Of a stretch of DNA of 64,000 nucleotides, positions 12,291 to 37,500 are shown one piece after another. The DNA is from Lingula anatina (lineage: Eukaryota; Animalia; Brachiopoda). The DNA lies in the NCBI GenBank assembly GCA_051362555.1, contig CM120645.1, positions 3,968,001 through 4,032,000 on the forward strand. Reading direction: 5' to 3'. Position 1 is the first letter of the stretch; every line of letters begins with the position of its first letter. Below the pieces are notes generated by a model, which was not told the DNA's origin, searched no databases, and saw nothing but the letters and a program-made list of their open reading frames with translations. The position numbers were made by a program, and so were the translations under genes.

Positions 12291-13992
12291 CCTGTGATCA
12301 CTACCCCACAAAAAACAAATGATCATGTACATTGAACTCCTCATACACATCAGGTTATGGAATGATGTAGATAAGAACTAAGTATACAAGTTAGCATCAA
12401 ATAATATTCCTTTTAAGTGTGCCAGCATAAAGATGCTACATTTGTGTCTTGATATAGGAGTTTGAAGTAATGCAATTACTGGGGGTGGATACCTTTATGA
12501 GAGCAGCAACATCTATATCATTTGGTTGCTTTTGTGTTGGAATTCTCAGTGACATTTGACACTGGAGTGGTAGTAAATTTGACACTCGACAATAATGAAA
12601 TCTATCAGACACCACATGGACACATCATCAAGGCTTTTCCCAGAGAGCCATCAAGTCCTTATTTGGACAGCCATTGGCTTCACAAGACAGCTAACATTTC
12701 CAAAGACAGTTGGGCAGCTTACAAAATTTTAGGGTTTGGTTGGTTGGGCTTGCTTGGGTTGGATCCCTTGAAAATCGATGACCAAATTACAAGTTCACAT
12801 TTTGGACTCCCTGTACCCCAACTCCTATGGAAACCAGTGGAGATTTTATATTTGAAAATGGGACGTTTATGAGAACAGGCAATACCCTTGTCCAGCTCTG
12901 GTGCAGTAACATCCATTTCTTTTTATGTATTTCAAATTTTGTACATATTACAGCAGTTAATAAAATCAATTTTGAATTTAGTTCCTGTTTAGAATTTTCA
13001 AATGAAAAAAGTAAGTTATTTGCGCTAATTGTAAAGAAGGGATTCATTTTAATTAATGTGTGCCAGAATAGAAGAATATTGTTATGTGAAACTAAGCAGA
13101 CATGAGCTTTTTCTGTAAAAACGTGGAATTCCAGATTTTTTAATTTAATTCTGATGGTTCCTGAGATTGTTTTTTTGAGATTCTATATCAGTTTTTTTTT
13201 TTTTTTTTTGAAACTTGGGCTCATGTCTGAACTAAGTATGTGGGCACAAGTGAGATAGTGAAACAAAATTTATCTGGTGTATTTAAAATTTAATTTAATT
13301 CAATTTTGTGCAATAGTATCATTAAGATATTACATTTCATCTGCAAAAAAACAAAACTTAGTTCATAAAGTGTTTGCCAGTTTTGCGTTACTTAATATCA
13401 AGATTATGTCAGTTTTCCAAATTAATTTCCATTGCTGTGGTCTCTAAACCATGTCAAATCTCAAGTTAAACTTGGGTTTTCATTTTCAGTAATCGAAAAC
13501 ACCAACAAAAAAATACTTAACATACTCAAGTATTTTTTTCTTAATACATGTGCAACATCTTTCACCTCAGTAATGACAATTTTTTTAGTGTCCACCACGT
13601 TAAAAACGAGCTGAATTAGGAAACTAGGCTAAAACCAGCACATTAACATTTACATCACCTGCAAAAATATTTTTCCACAAAAAATAAATTAAACTTTATA
13701 ATATTAAAATGCATTTATATTTAAATTCATATTTCACAACTGTTGACAGCAGTTTACCAAATAAGAGTTTTCAACATTGGTGCTATCAAGTCAAAACCTC
13801 ACATCAATATCTGATGGAAACAATAACTGTTTAAGTTTGCATAATTTTCAACCAAAACAATAGCTGTGTCAGCAAGAGCCCACAAAGAGTAAACACTATT
13901 GACAGCAACCAAAGAAAAAAAAAATATTCAGATGATTATTAAGAATTGACGTATTAGTGAAGTATAATACACTAGTTTTGGTTTCCACTGGC

Positions 13993-14056
13993 GATGTACA
14001 TCAAGCTTTGCTCTCCCTTAGCTAAGGGTTACAAGCAGTGCCATCATCAATACACC
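13993..14056 (-). promoter_or_regulatory. SECIS element (type II) in the TGR 3' UTR
   Basis: Minus strand reads GGUGUAU-UG-AUGAU-GGCACUGCUUGU-AA-CCCUUAGCUAAGGG-AGAGCAAAGCU-UGAU-GUACAUC. This gives helix I, an AUGA/UGA core, helix II, unpaired AA and an apical mini-stem, about 430 nt after the UGA. Confidence 0.9.
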
Positions 14057-14482
14057 TGACAGGTGCTACACCGCCAATGGTTACCAGGGAAACCATAACA
14101 GGCCCTGCCGTTGCCTAGAAAAGGAGTCTCATTCTTCACAAGAGTCACAGATCATTTTTTTAGTTTTCACCTTTGTACGAGTTGGTAAAGTTGCAACTTT
14201 TTTCCACACATCACCAAAAAATTATAATGACAAACAAGACGATAGTAAAATTATTTAGCCAATCATCTAAGTGAAATGCATTCAGTTAATAATTAGCCTT
14301 GCTTCAACATCCAATGTATATGCTACTAGGTCATGTTCAAAGTCTTAATCTTGTACGTGCTGAACTGACACAGGCATGATGATGCAATGCTGACATCTAT
14401 AGGTGAAAATGTTCTTCCTGGAACGCTGGTGACATCTACAGGTGACTCTTGAGACTCCTCTCTAATTTGGCAACAGCAGGGC

Positions 14483-26311
<11,829 letters not shown>

Positions 26312-27018
26312 TTTTGCTGCCCGAACGCTGGTGTTATGTTCGGGAGCCGGTGAACGTGTTCGTTTAATCTTGAAAGTAACCTCAGAGATAAATGATCCAA
26401 AGGATCCACGTACTTTCAGACTTCAACGCTGTTTAAACGTCAGAGTTGTCTGGATGACGCTGCAAAATACCACCCGGCTTTTATTCTCGTGAGACGGACG
26501 ACCTTTGACCTTAATAATAATCTCATAGCCAAAGGAAATCGACCCAAGTAATTCATTGATCCGATACTGAGAATAAATTGGGATGTTTTCCATTGTACAT
26601 TTTAATAATTGATAGGCAAAGTGGGGGTTGATAATGATATACATTTACATCTTATGAGGAACTTCAAATTAGAGATTATTGGTCTCATCTAACACAATCA
26701 ATTTGCAGCACGCGGGACCTGCAGTACACAGCAAAGCTTCAAGTACAGGAGTGTTTTGTAGCCTTATCTGAAGCTTGTAAAACTTGCAACAGTATTTACA
26801 AAAATAAGTAAATTAAAAAAAAAAATTAATTATATGAATTTTTTTCACTCAGAAAATTTGAAGTAAAGCAAAAATGTGGATGGATGCCAATAACTGTAAC
26901 GTATATGTTGCAACCGTCCCTATAAATACATTTGCACAAAATTAAATAACTTTTGTAAAAAAATATGATTAAGCCGACTTTAAATAGGTACAAGCTTGAT
27001 AATATGTGAAAATTTAAC

Positions 27019-27067
<49 letters not shown>

Positions 27068-28570
27068 TTTGGCATTTATAGAGAAAACGTGAACAAAATA
27101 CATGCACAATAAATAAATAAATAAATAGTTATGTAACTTTTGTAAAATTTATCAAATCATGCTGAAAGGAACTCCTTTTTAACCACACCATGCTACTCAG
27201 TTAATTCAAAGTTAAACAAAAATAGTGTTTAGCAGTTATAGGGACTTGATGTTTTGGGGGGCAACACTATGGACAGACATGGTGTTCAGAATATTTACAG
27301 ACAGTGTTTGTATATAAAAATGGGGGGAATAAAGAGGAGTGACTTAATTATTTTCACAACAAAAACAAATGTCTAGAAAAAATTCTACATTAATGAAATG
27401 TCTCATCATTTTGCATATTTGAAATTAAAAGTTTTTACATTTCAAGTCAAATCGCACATTATGCAAAAATCCAGACAACTCTACATGGAGAAAATCTGTT
27501 TTTAAGGATCCATGCATTAAATTACAAATTGTGTAATTCTAACTACAATTTCTTAGGAATTAATTTGTTAGACAAGATGTGTTGTCTGAATTGTCAAATA
27601 AGTTACTTTATTTAACTGAAATTATGAAAAGAAAATACACAACTACAACACAAAATAAACTAAAGTAGTTATAATAAATTATATCATTCTATAAAATGCC
27701 CATACATAACAATATTTTTTGCAAAAACTTGAAAACAGCTGATGGATGCAAAAAAAAAAGGGTAAAACAAGAAACAAAACAACAAATATTTATTTTAGAC
27801 TTATAACTGAAATCACATAAAAGATTTAATCTTCAATTTTAATTACATAATATAATTACATAACATTTTATAAATCTATTAAAATGTGGAATGATTCTTT
27901 TGGCATCATTGCACTCATTTCTGTATTTGTCCATGATGCCATACATGCATATATATTCCTATATAACAATTAAATATAACATGATAAAATAAAGTAATTG
28001 TAAGTTAGAGTAATGGGAGTTGAATGTCATCCTGTCCTAAAACACTTATCATAAGTTGGGATTAGAAAATATTTCATTTTAACCTTATATAAAAATGTGG
28101 AACAGTGTGACACAGTGATGTGTGATGTGGGACTCCTAATTGGCAATTAAGTATTTTAATGTTTCATTATTTTATTAACTATATTTTGTAACAGATGTAG
28201 GCTTGATATATCATTTAATCCCACATAATATAATACTAACAACTACTATAATTGAACTATTACATAAAATATATATATCTGGAATGACTTAACCTCCACC
28301 TTTCACAAAAACAAAAAATATAAATACATATTTTATTAACAAGAAATATAAAAATCTATAAATTAATCATAATGTTAAAAAATAAAGAGATTTACATCAT
28401 TTTATAGCAACACATACACCGATTTTAAATTGCATTTGAAAAGGGCACCATCATATATTTTATAATTATTTACAATAATAATAATTTTGCACCAGTGTCC
28501 TCCAAGCCGTCATCAAAAATAAAATTCAACCTCTTTCTATAATATTTGCACATTCAGATCACTGTAACAG

Positions 28571-31500
28571 TCACACTACAGATATCAGTTTCAAGTCTGA
28601 TTCCAAACGAGCTCCAGATTTCTGTCTACTGTATACAATAGCTGCCCGGAATACAGACAAGGTACCACAGAGGGACAGGAGCACCATCAGGTAGAACATG
28701 CCAGACCAACCGTAGTAGCCAGACACCAAACCAATCAGTGGACCCTCTATGAATGCCCCGACGCTGCCAAACCCTACGTGTTTTGGGGAAAGAGGAAATA
28801 TATTTGAAGTATATATCAATTGTAAAAAAAAAAAAAAAAGACAGAAATACTCAGTCTGCCTAAATAGATTTCTGAGAAATCACATCTTTATCAGTGACTC
28901 CTCAAATGCCCCACACAAGCGTGATACTCAAAAAGATCAAGAATAAATATATAATACTCATACGTAAAAACATAAAAAGAAGGGATTTTCTGGCCTTTGT
29001 CTCAAATATTCCAGATATGCAACACTTCCACATCAAACAGTCTATATGGAGTCTTTGTACATAATTCATTAATTACATATAACAATACTATACCATTGAT
29101 AATTCCTGTGACAGCTGCTGCTGCATTTCTTCCGTCCATTTCCCCCAGTTCTGCACCAATTGCACCACCTAGAAATGACAAGCACATCATCATTATTAAT
29201 TGCCTTTTGTTTCTTATTTCCCATAAATGTTAGTATTAAAAATTGTCCACAATTTCTTTTATATGTATAAATATCATCCAATGTTTGTTATGTCCAAGAT
29301 GTGTTTTTGACAGAATTTCTTCTTTGAAATAAAAGATTACACTGGAGTGCAGCATTTCTTTGAAAATAACAGCAGTTACAAAGTTATGTCACTGTCAATA
29401 ATAGGCGAACATATAATATATACATACAATACTATTTACAAAACAAAGACTGTGCTAGCAATTCTTGCATTTTGTATCATGATATTTCTACAAAGTAACA
29501 CATTTCAGAGCTGAAAGCAAAATAAATGAAATTTACCACTCTCCACACCATCTCCACACCAATGCCCCCCCCTACCCAAACCCACCTAACCCACTGTGGC
29601 TACAGTTACAGCACAACCCAAAAAAGTTCTCTACCCCAACTTCTCCCCTCCAGATTTTATAAGTCTGTGATATTATATTAGAGAATAGTATTATTTCAGA
29701 AATAATGCAATAGCTTCATATCTGGCCAGTGGCTGAAAGTTCCAGTAAGTACAATGAATAGAGAACAATCACTGTCCAAATCCCCCATTTATCTCCATAT
29801 CAATTCCCTAATAAATATACTATCCTGAAGTGTCTCACCAAGTATACTGTCTGGCCCACAGTTGAAAGCACCAGCAAGCACCATAAACAGAGAATTGAAC
29901 AAGTAACCCCAGCTGCTTGTACCAGCAAACATCAGAAGTGCTGCAGTACTCAGTAGCATGGAGAGAGCTGTGCCAAGTAAAGAACGCCCCTGGAAACACC
30001 TGGAAAAATAACAATACAATTTAATTTTAAATTATCAACATTTACAGTGATCATATTGTAGTACTTCACAACATGTAAAGAGCTGTTCCAGGTAAGAAAT
30101 GTCACTGGAAACACCTGGTGCAATAACAATACAATTTAATTTTAAATTATCAACATTTACAATGATCATTGTAATACCTTACAATATGGAAAGAGCTGTT
30201 CCAAGTAGGAAATGACCCTGGAAACACCTGGTACAATTACAATACAATTTAATTTTGAACAATAACAATACAATTATCAACATTAACAATTATTGTTATA
30301 CTTCGTAACATTTAAAGGCCTGTTCCAAGTAAGGAAAATTATCAACATTTACAATGATCATTGTAATACTTTAATTAAAATATGGAAAGAGCTGCGCTAT
30401 GTAGAAAATGACCCTGGAAACACCTGGTAAAATAACAATACAATTTAATTTTAAATTATCAACATTTACAGTGATCATTGTAATACCTTACAACATGTAA
30501 AGAGCTGTTCCAAGTAAGGAATGCCCCTGGAAATACCTGGATCAATAACAATACAGTTGAATTTTAAATTATCAACATTTACAATGATCATTGTAGTACT
30601 GAACAGCATGGAAAGAGCTGTTCCAGGTAAGAAATGTCATTGGAAATACCTGGTACAATAACAATACAATTATCAACATTAACAATTATTGTAATGCTTG
30701 GTAACATGGAAAGAGCTGTGCCAAATAGGAAACGCCTCTGGAAACACCTGGTAAAATAACAATACAATTTAATTTTAAATTATCAACATTTACAATGATC
30801 ATTGTAATACTTTACAACATTGTAAAGAGCTGTGCCAAATAGGAAACGCCTCTGGAAACACCTGGTATAATAATAATACAATTTGATTTTAAATTATCAA
30901 CATTTACAATGATCATCAAAGTACTTAACAGCATGGAAAGAGCTGTTCCAGGTAAGAAATACCCCTGGAAACACCTGGTATAATAACAATACAATTTAAT
31001 TTTAAATTATCAACATTTACAATGATCATTGTAGTACTGAACAGCATGGAAAGAGCTGTTCCAGGTAAGAAATGTCATTGGAAATACCTGGTACAATAAC
31101 AATACAATTATCAACATTAACAATTATTGTAATGCTTGGTAACATGTAAATGCCTGTTCCAAGTAAGAAATATCCAGGTGCAAATTTAGAACAGTAAGTT
31201 AACAAATTATTATCAATATTATATTACAATTTATAAAACTTGGTTATCTCATGGAAAGACTTGCTTCCAGAAAATAAATCCCATGAAAAACACCAGTCTA
31301 GAACAGTTATAGCAATTACACAATATATTAACATTACTAGTATGACTGAACTGCTTAGTAACAAGAAAAAACCATACCCCGAATGGAAAATTCATGGGAA
31401 AATCTAACAATACGGATATGAACATATAAAAGCAAATTCATTTAAAATTGAATAAAACTGGACTTGTCCCATGCAGATACCATTCATGGATAACAAAATA

Positions 31501-34500
31501 ATGAAAGGACATTTAATGTGATTTATATTGTCAGTTTCTCGAATTTGCAAATAATTTGAGAGTTCGGACTTTGATATGCAATGGTTTAAATAATGTTCAA
31601 AGTAATTATTATAGATATCTTAATTGCTGAAAAGAGCTTATGATATATAATATCATCATTATTATTATTATAGCTAAAGACCAAACATTCATTACCTAAA
31701 GCAAGACCCATGCAACATGCTATGTCATTTACTACAGATTGTAATCAATTTTCTTCTATATTAGCATCCAGCAGTTGAGTCATACCTGTCAAGTATAAAT
31801 CCTATAAAAGCACTCCCAGCCACACCTCCTATCTCAAACATGGTGGAAAACATCCCTGCCATTGTCTTAGCATAGGAGAGCTGAAATACAATAGAAAATT
31901 TCTTTTTCAAAACAAAATATAAGCAGTCACCATTTTTAAAAAGACGGGGAAATTACACATTAAGCGCAGCACAGCAAAATGTCTCAAATAACATAATTCA
32001 AATTAAAAAATGATTTTGATTTTGGAAAACAACTTTGTATTTCTCTCATCCTAAATCTACCAGACAGTGTTGTGTATGTTTCCTCACATGTTGTAACAGG
32101 TACATAGGCAGCCACATGTACATGCAGTAACGGACAAGTTTTAGGCAAAACATCCCCACTGAAATCTCTGGTACCATACTAAAAAGAGTAAGAGGAATTA
32201 AAAAGTTAAAAAAAGGTTTTATTCAAAATGGCAAGTTGCTACTACTAACTGCTTTCTGAAAGATGTGTAGGGGGCTGAATAAGAACAAAAATTACTTAAA
32301 ATTTTATTATACTGGTTTTGTAACATGCAACAGTAAAACAACAGTTAACAGTGAAATACAATCTGCAAGTTTTGTATCAATATCTGCAGAAAGAGACAGA
32401 TTTCAAGCAAACAGTATTTTACATTAACAAACAATTTTTCAAAATAGCTTACGGAATTTGCCACAGTTGCAAAAAGGTAGGATTTGTACCATTTTTCATC
32501 CTTGTACTTGAGGTTGCTATTCAAACAAAGCAATTAAAACACTGGAATTATTCAACTTTTAAAACTGAAAAAAAAGAAACTGATTTATACGTCTCAAAAT
32601 TCCACATTGATACTGACACAAAATGTTATCAATTATATTGATATGTCATAATTTTTTAATTAAAATGTAATGAACATCCCCATGCTTCAGTCTCCCCATA
32701 TTTAATATTATTTAGATATTAAAAGGTAACCAGTTAATGCTAAGGTGAGCCCTTAGAATTTATTATCACCTTTCCCCGGGACTTCTATACCCACATCAGC
32801 AGGGATACAGAAACAGATTAGTACTACTACACCCAGTAGAATCTAAAATAACAACAACAATGACAACAATAATAATTCTACAATAATAATAGTATGAAGA
32901 AAAACACCTTAACATGCACAGAATAGTCTAATATTTTAAGAATAGACTAAATGTACACACAACTATGCAAAGCAACATACAGTCACATACATAAAAACAT
33001 AATAATAATAATAATAATAATTCACACAAAGTAAAGAAGAATAAAAATGCATCATTGCATTTATCATAGATCTTCAACTTAGACTTCGAAAGCATTTGCA
33101 TTTATTGTAACATAATTATTATATTAACTTACCAATATAACAGATGGCAAGAAAAACACAGACCTCCAGGAATACAGAGATTGGAGATATACCTAAAAGT
33201 AAAAATTTAACAATAAAAAATATAGCAAATCTACTTCTTTGTTAAGTGCACTAATCACATCATTTAGTATAAAAAGAGGCAAAAAACAATGCTTAGCTAG
33301 TTGAAGCCAGTGAAGTTGACACAGACTAATCAATAACTTAATTTTTTTTCAGAGTCTTGGATGGACTTGTTCTTAACTATCTGTTTTAACAATTGTTATA
33401 ACATCACTGTGAGCCCAGCAGTACACAGACAGGATAGCATTCTATTGGCTATAATTACTCACTGCCAAAGAAGTCCCAGCGATTCCTCCAGCAAAGGCTG
33501 ATGTTCCATAGATCCCAAACACAGTGTTTCTGGTACTGTCTGAGAACCAGGCTCCTATGGTCTTGGAACATGATGGCCAACACAGAGACTAAACAAATAT
33601 GAATAAAAACTGTAAAAAAATATCAATAGGCATCAAATAAAATAATTTAATGCCTCGTGACGTAGTATATAATCAAGCAAGATTTTGTGCAATTTGGAGA
33701 GTGGGGTCTGACACTGGCACGTGCTGATGGAAGCCATTTTTCTGGTTGTTTTATCTTACCACTGCCTGATTGTAGTCTACTGCACAACAGTTCAAATTCA
33801 CAATTTTTTGGAGTGTCACTTTTGTACTGTTTTCTAAGACAACATAAATGGCACAATAGAATTACGCCCTTTCTCTTTCATGAACTTTTGAATTTATCAA
33901 AGTATTAAAGGACAATGTTCATGTAAAAATCCATTTCTCGAATTTTGAAGATACAGCACTCAATCTATACACTAGAGGTATGTTTTAATCGATCCCCACC
34001 ATTTAAAAATTATAAAAACAATCTATTAGTAGAAAAAAAAGCGTTTTAGTAAACCTCACCTCAATATGCAAAAATGAAGCAACAGATCTGGGTCACGTGG
34101 TACTGTGACGACAATCACGATAAAGGTCTATGAGACTCAACTGAGCTGCATGGTGCATACAGACGGAGAAGTTAAGGAAAGTTGTGTTGAACGGAGTTGA
34201 GGAATTTTCGTTATGCCTCGGTGTGTTGCCGTGGGATTCACCAAAATTGCAGCTCTCGTTGACAATCTTTCTTTGTCTGTGACGGTCTTCCGTGACTTAC
34301 TTACTAACTTCGGTGACAATAGTTGCGATGCTCTAGATCATGGTCACCTCAGGTGGTTTAGATCATATCAGGAGCTGGTAGTCTTTCAGATTAACTGTCA
34401 TCAGTTGGCAAACTTACTGATTGCTGATGCATTTTAAATGCATTGTAGTTGACCAAAAGCTCGTTTACAACAAACCTGTTAATTATGCACTGCTGCAATT

Positions 34501-37500
34501 CCCAAGCCAGGTAATAACAGGTATGAAACTCGTCTTGGTGGGCTTTCATATTTTTCAATATATCTCATTTATTTCATGGGATTATTTTATTGGTATTTGT
34601 AAATGACGTTAAATATCAATACTTAAACAATTAAGTTCAAACACGGTCGCGAACATTAATAAAAGAAATTGCTCTCTGGGTATCTTGAAGCTTCCGTGGA
34701 AGAAAACGTGTTGAGGAAAAACAGGAAAAAGAGCGTTATATTAAAGAAAAAATGGGAACTGCTATAATAAAATGGCTCGTTATCCTAATTCGTTTATGCT
34801 TTGAGGATTTGTTTCTGAAGATTATTTCATCTGAAATATTAAATAATTTAAAAGATTGATTATTTTATAACTTGAAACGCAAATTCTGCGTCAGTACGCA
34901 ATTTTTTTTTTTTTTTTTTTTGCAAATTTGTAAGCTTATAACACCGTGCTATAAAGATCTACTCAAGAAAAAAATTTGCTTGGGTAAAATTAAGTACGGA
35001 ATGAACTGGAGACACTTGGCTTGTCATTAAGTTTACACAAAAATATGTCAGGTAACTTTATACTGTCTTTGAAAGAGTAAAGATTGAAAGCTAATTTTAG
35101 ACAAACTTTGACGGGGGAAATACCTACAAAGAGTAATGGGCTATTTCGCCAACATCTTGTTGAAAATTTTACACTGCAATTCTATTCAAAAAAGCTGAGG
35201 AACTAATTGCCAAATTAATACTCTCATCACATAACAGGGGGGTAACCAGCAAAAATTGTACGCACATATTTAAAAAGGTTACAAGCACATACAGCAAAAT
35301 GTAGACTTACGCAAAACATGAAGGACAGCGTAATCACAGCAAATGTACCTCATATAGTAGCTTAATTTCCATTAATAATAAAATCATCATTTAAGTCAAA
35401 AATATTCTTGCGATTTAATAACTATTTTAATTTACCCAGAACGGTATATTTATTTTAAAGGCGGTTAACTGAAATATAGTTTTATGATTTCTTTGTGAAA
35501 ATTGCCCCTGTCACCCTGTTAGTTTGGAGGTCTAAGCTGGATCAAGTCCGTGTTAAAATTCCTATGAAGTTGTGCAGGAGAAATTCTTCCTTTCTTTCTC
35601 TAGCTCCTCGATAAACCTGGTGTTCAGATTTTATCTAGTACCCCCAGGTCTACGGGAGCTGCGCTTTGTAACTAACGCACAGGTAGATTTTTACCTGAGA
35701 TAACTGGAGTAAAGCTTAGATAGAGAGTGCGTTCGATACAAGCAAGACAAATTGAATGCCCTTTAACCCTCTAATTAAGAGGTAAAGGAAGTTCCAGTTA
35801 GATGGATGATTAAGATAGGACTTGTAAAATAACGGGCATTGTTTACCTCAGTTTAATAAAAGTATGCAAGACGGAGTGTCAGCGGTTTAATAAAATAAAT
35901 TGAATTTCACAAATAACATGGACCTCATATGCAATAATCAACATTTCCCTTAACTCATTCAAATGCAGTGTTTTATACAACTTGGGATAACCATAATGAA
36001 ATGCTTGTTAAAGAAATGACTAGACAGGAAATGGTTTTACACAGCTTCACGAGGATTTAGACCCCTCGGGTAAGAGATTTGAATGAGTATAAACTTTTAT
36101 CAGAAGCCAGAGAAGTCATCTTACAGGTAGACAATGCAGCTCAGTTTGACAGCTAAGCACGCTCTGTTCTCCAGTGGCTTGATTGTCGTCATTAGACCAC
36201 GTGACCACGTAGCTCATTAAGTCCCAGGCCGAGCAAATAGGACGTTTTTTAAAGCCAAAAATTTACAAAATGAGCTTTTAATTTGTGTATTTGGATAAAG
36301 ATATCGTTAGTTGGGCATGTTTTCTGAAGAATATGTTCCGTTCAGGCCATTCTGACGGCATGAAGCAAACCCTTTAAGTATCATTTCTGGCACAACATTG
36401 GCTTTATAATAAAAATAAATTATGCTGTTCAGTCTAGCAAGAAACAACCAGTCTTTTTATGAAACATAACCCTCCTTACCTGTGCTGTTCCATTTATGAA
36501 TAGAAGAACTATAAATATGTGGTATGAACTCCACTGCCCCAGAGAGATCTGAAATACAAAGAAATCCATACCAATTAAAAATATTATCATGATAATTTTG
36601 TTGCAATTTTTAAACTCACAATATTATATTTTTCAAGATTTCTTTTTTGTTAATCACAATAAGACATTTTCTATCTTATGTTGACAAAACATTGTTTAGT
36701 AAAATTAATTTTGCTTGAGTTTAGTGAATAAATACTGGGCATGTATGGCAAAAAAGTTCAATGACAGAACTTAAAAACCTAGTTTTGGCATATTATTTCT
36801 AAATATGCCTATCTGTCTTGGAATAGATGCGATGCAATTAATAACAATGTTGTGAATACAGATTATTAACTATGAGTCACATGCCAAACAAACTCTATGG
36901 GGATACTAGTATATATTTTAAAAGTTTATTTATGCCATTTAGACTGAATTTTTAAATTTCCTTTTTAAATCAAAACTGTACATCATATCATATACTGATA
37001 ATATTTTATTCTAATTCAATGCGACTAAACTATGTATTCTGATGGAACTTGATCTTTGCAGTATTGTTGATCATGTTGAGGAAATTTTAAACTTTTCACT
37101 GTCTCCTGACATCAGTGTGACTAATGATTAAGTAGTTGCAATATTTGGGACAAAAGTTGAAACATATAATGTAGCCACTCACCATAGACAATCCTGAAAT
37201 TATAAGTGATAAAGCAAAAGTCTTTCTTGCACCAAAACGATCCCCAAGTGATCCTAAAAACATCTGAAATATTTTAAAACAAATTAGTCAGATTATCTGC
37301 CATAAGATATGTACATGTTCAAGCTACAATTAAAAAACATGAAATGCATTTGGTGCACCAATCAGTGGAAAAAATATACGTAGACAGTGACATTGTGTTA
37401 GGTGTGGCAAATCAATGACACTGTGTTAAACAAAATGCTACTTAAAGATATAATATATTGGTATAGTATAAAAGGCCAAATGGGTAATTTGATGTAAATG

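Noticed and set aside
12522-13105. ORFs of 116 and 92 aa downstream of PQBP1
   Set aside because: Located in the presumptive 3' UTR, no recognisable motifs, and the longer one has a non-ATG start.
14120-14340. Other AUGA-containing SECIS candidates in the TGR 3' UTR
   Set aside because: They lack correctly spaced apical AA and a pairing UGA/helix II; only 13993-14056 fits.
29950-31180. CRISPR-like repeat array
   Set aside because: Whole units are homologous with no unique spacers, the context is a eukaryotic intron, and there are no cas genes.
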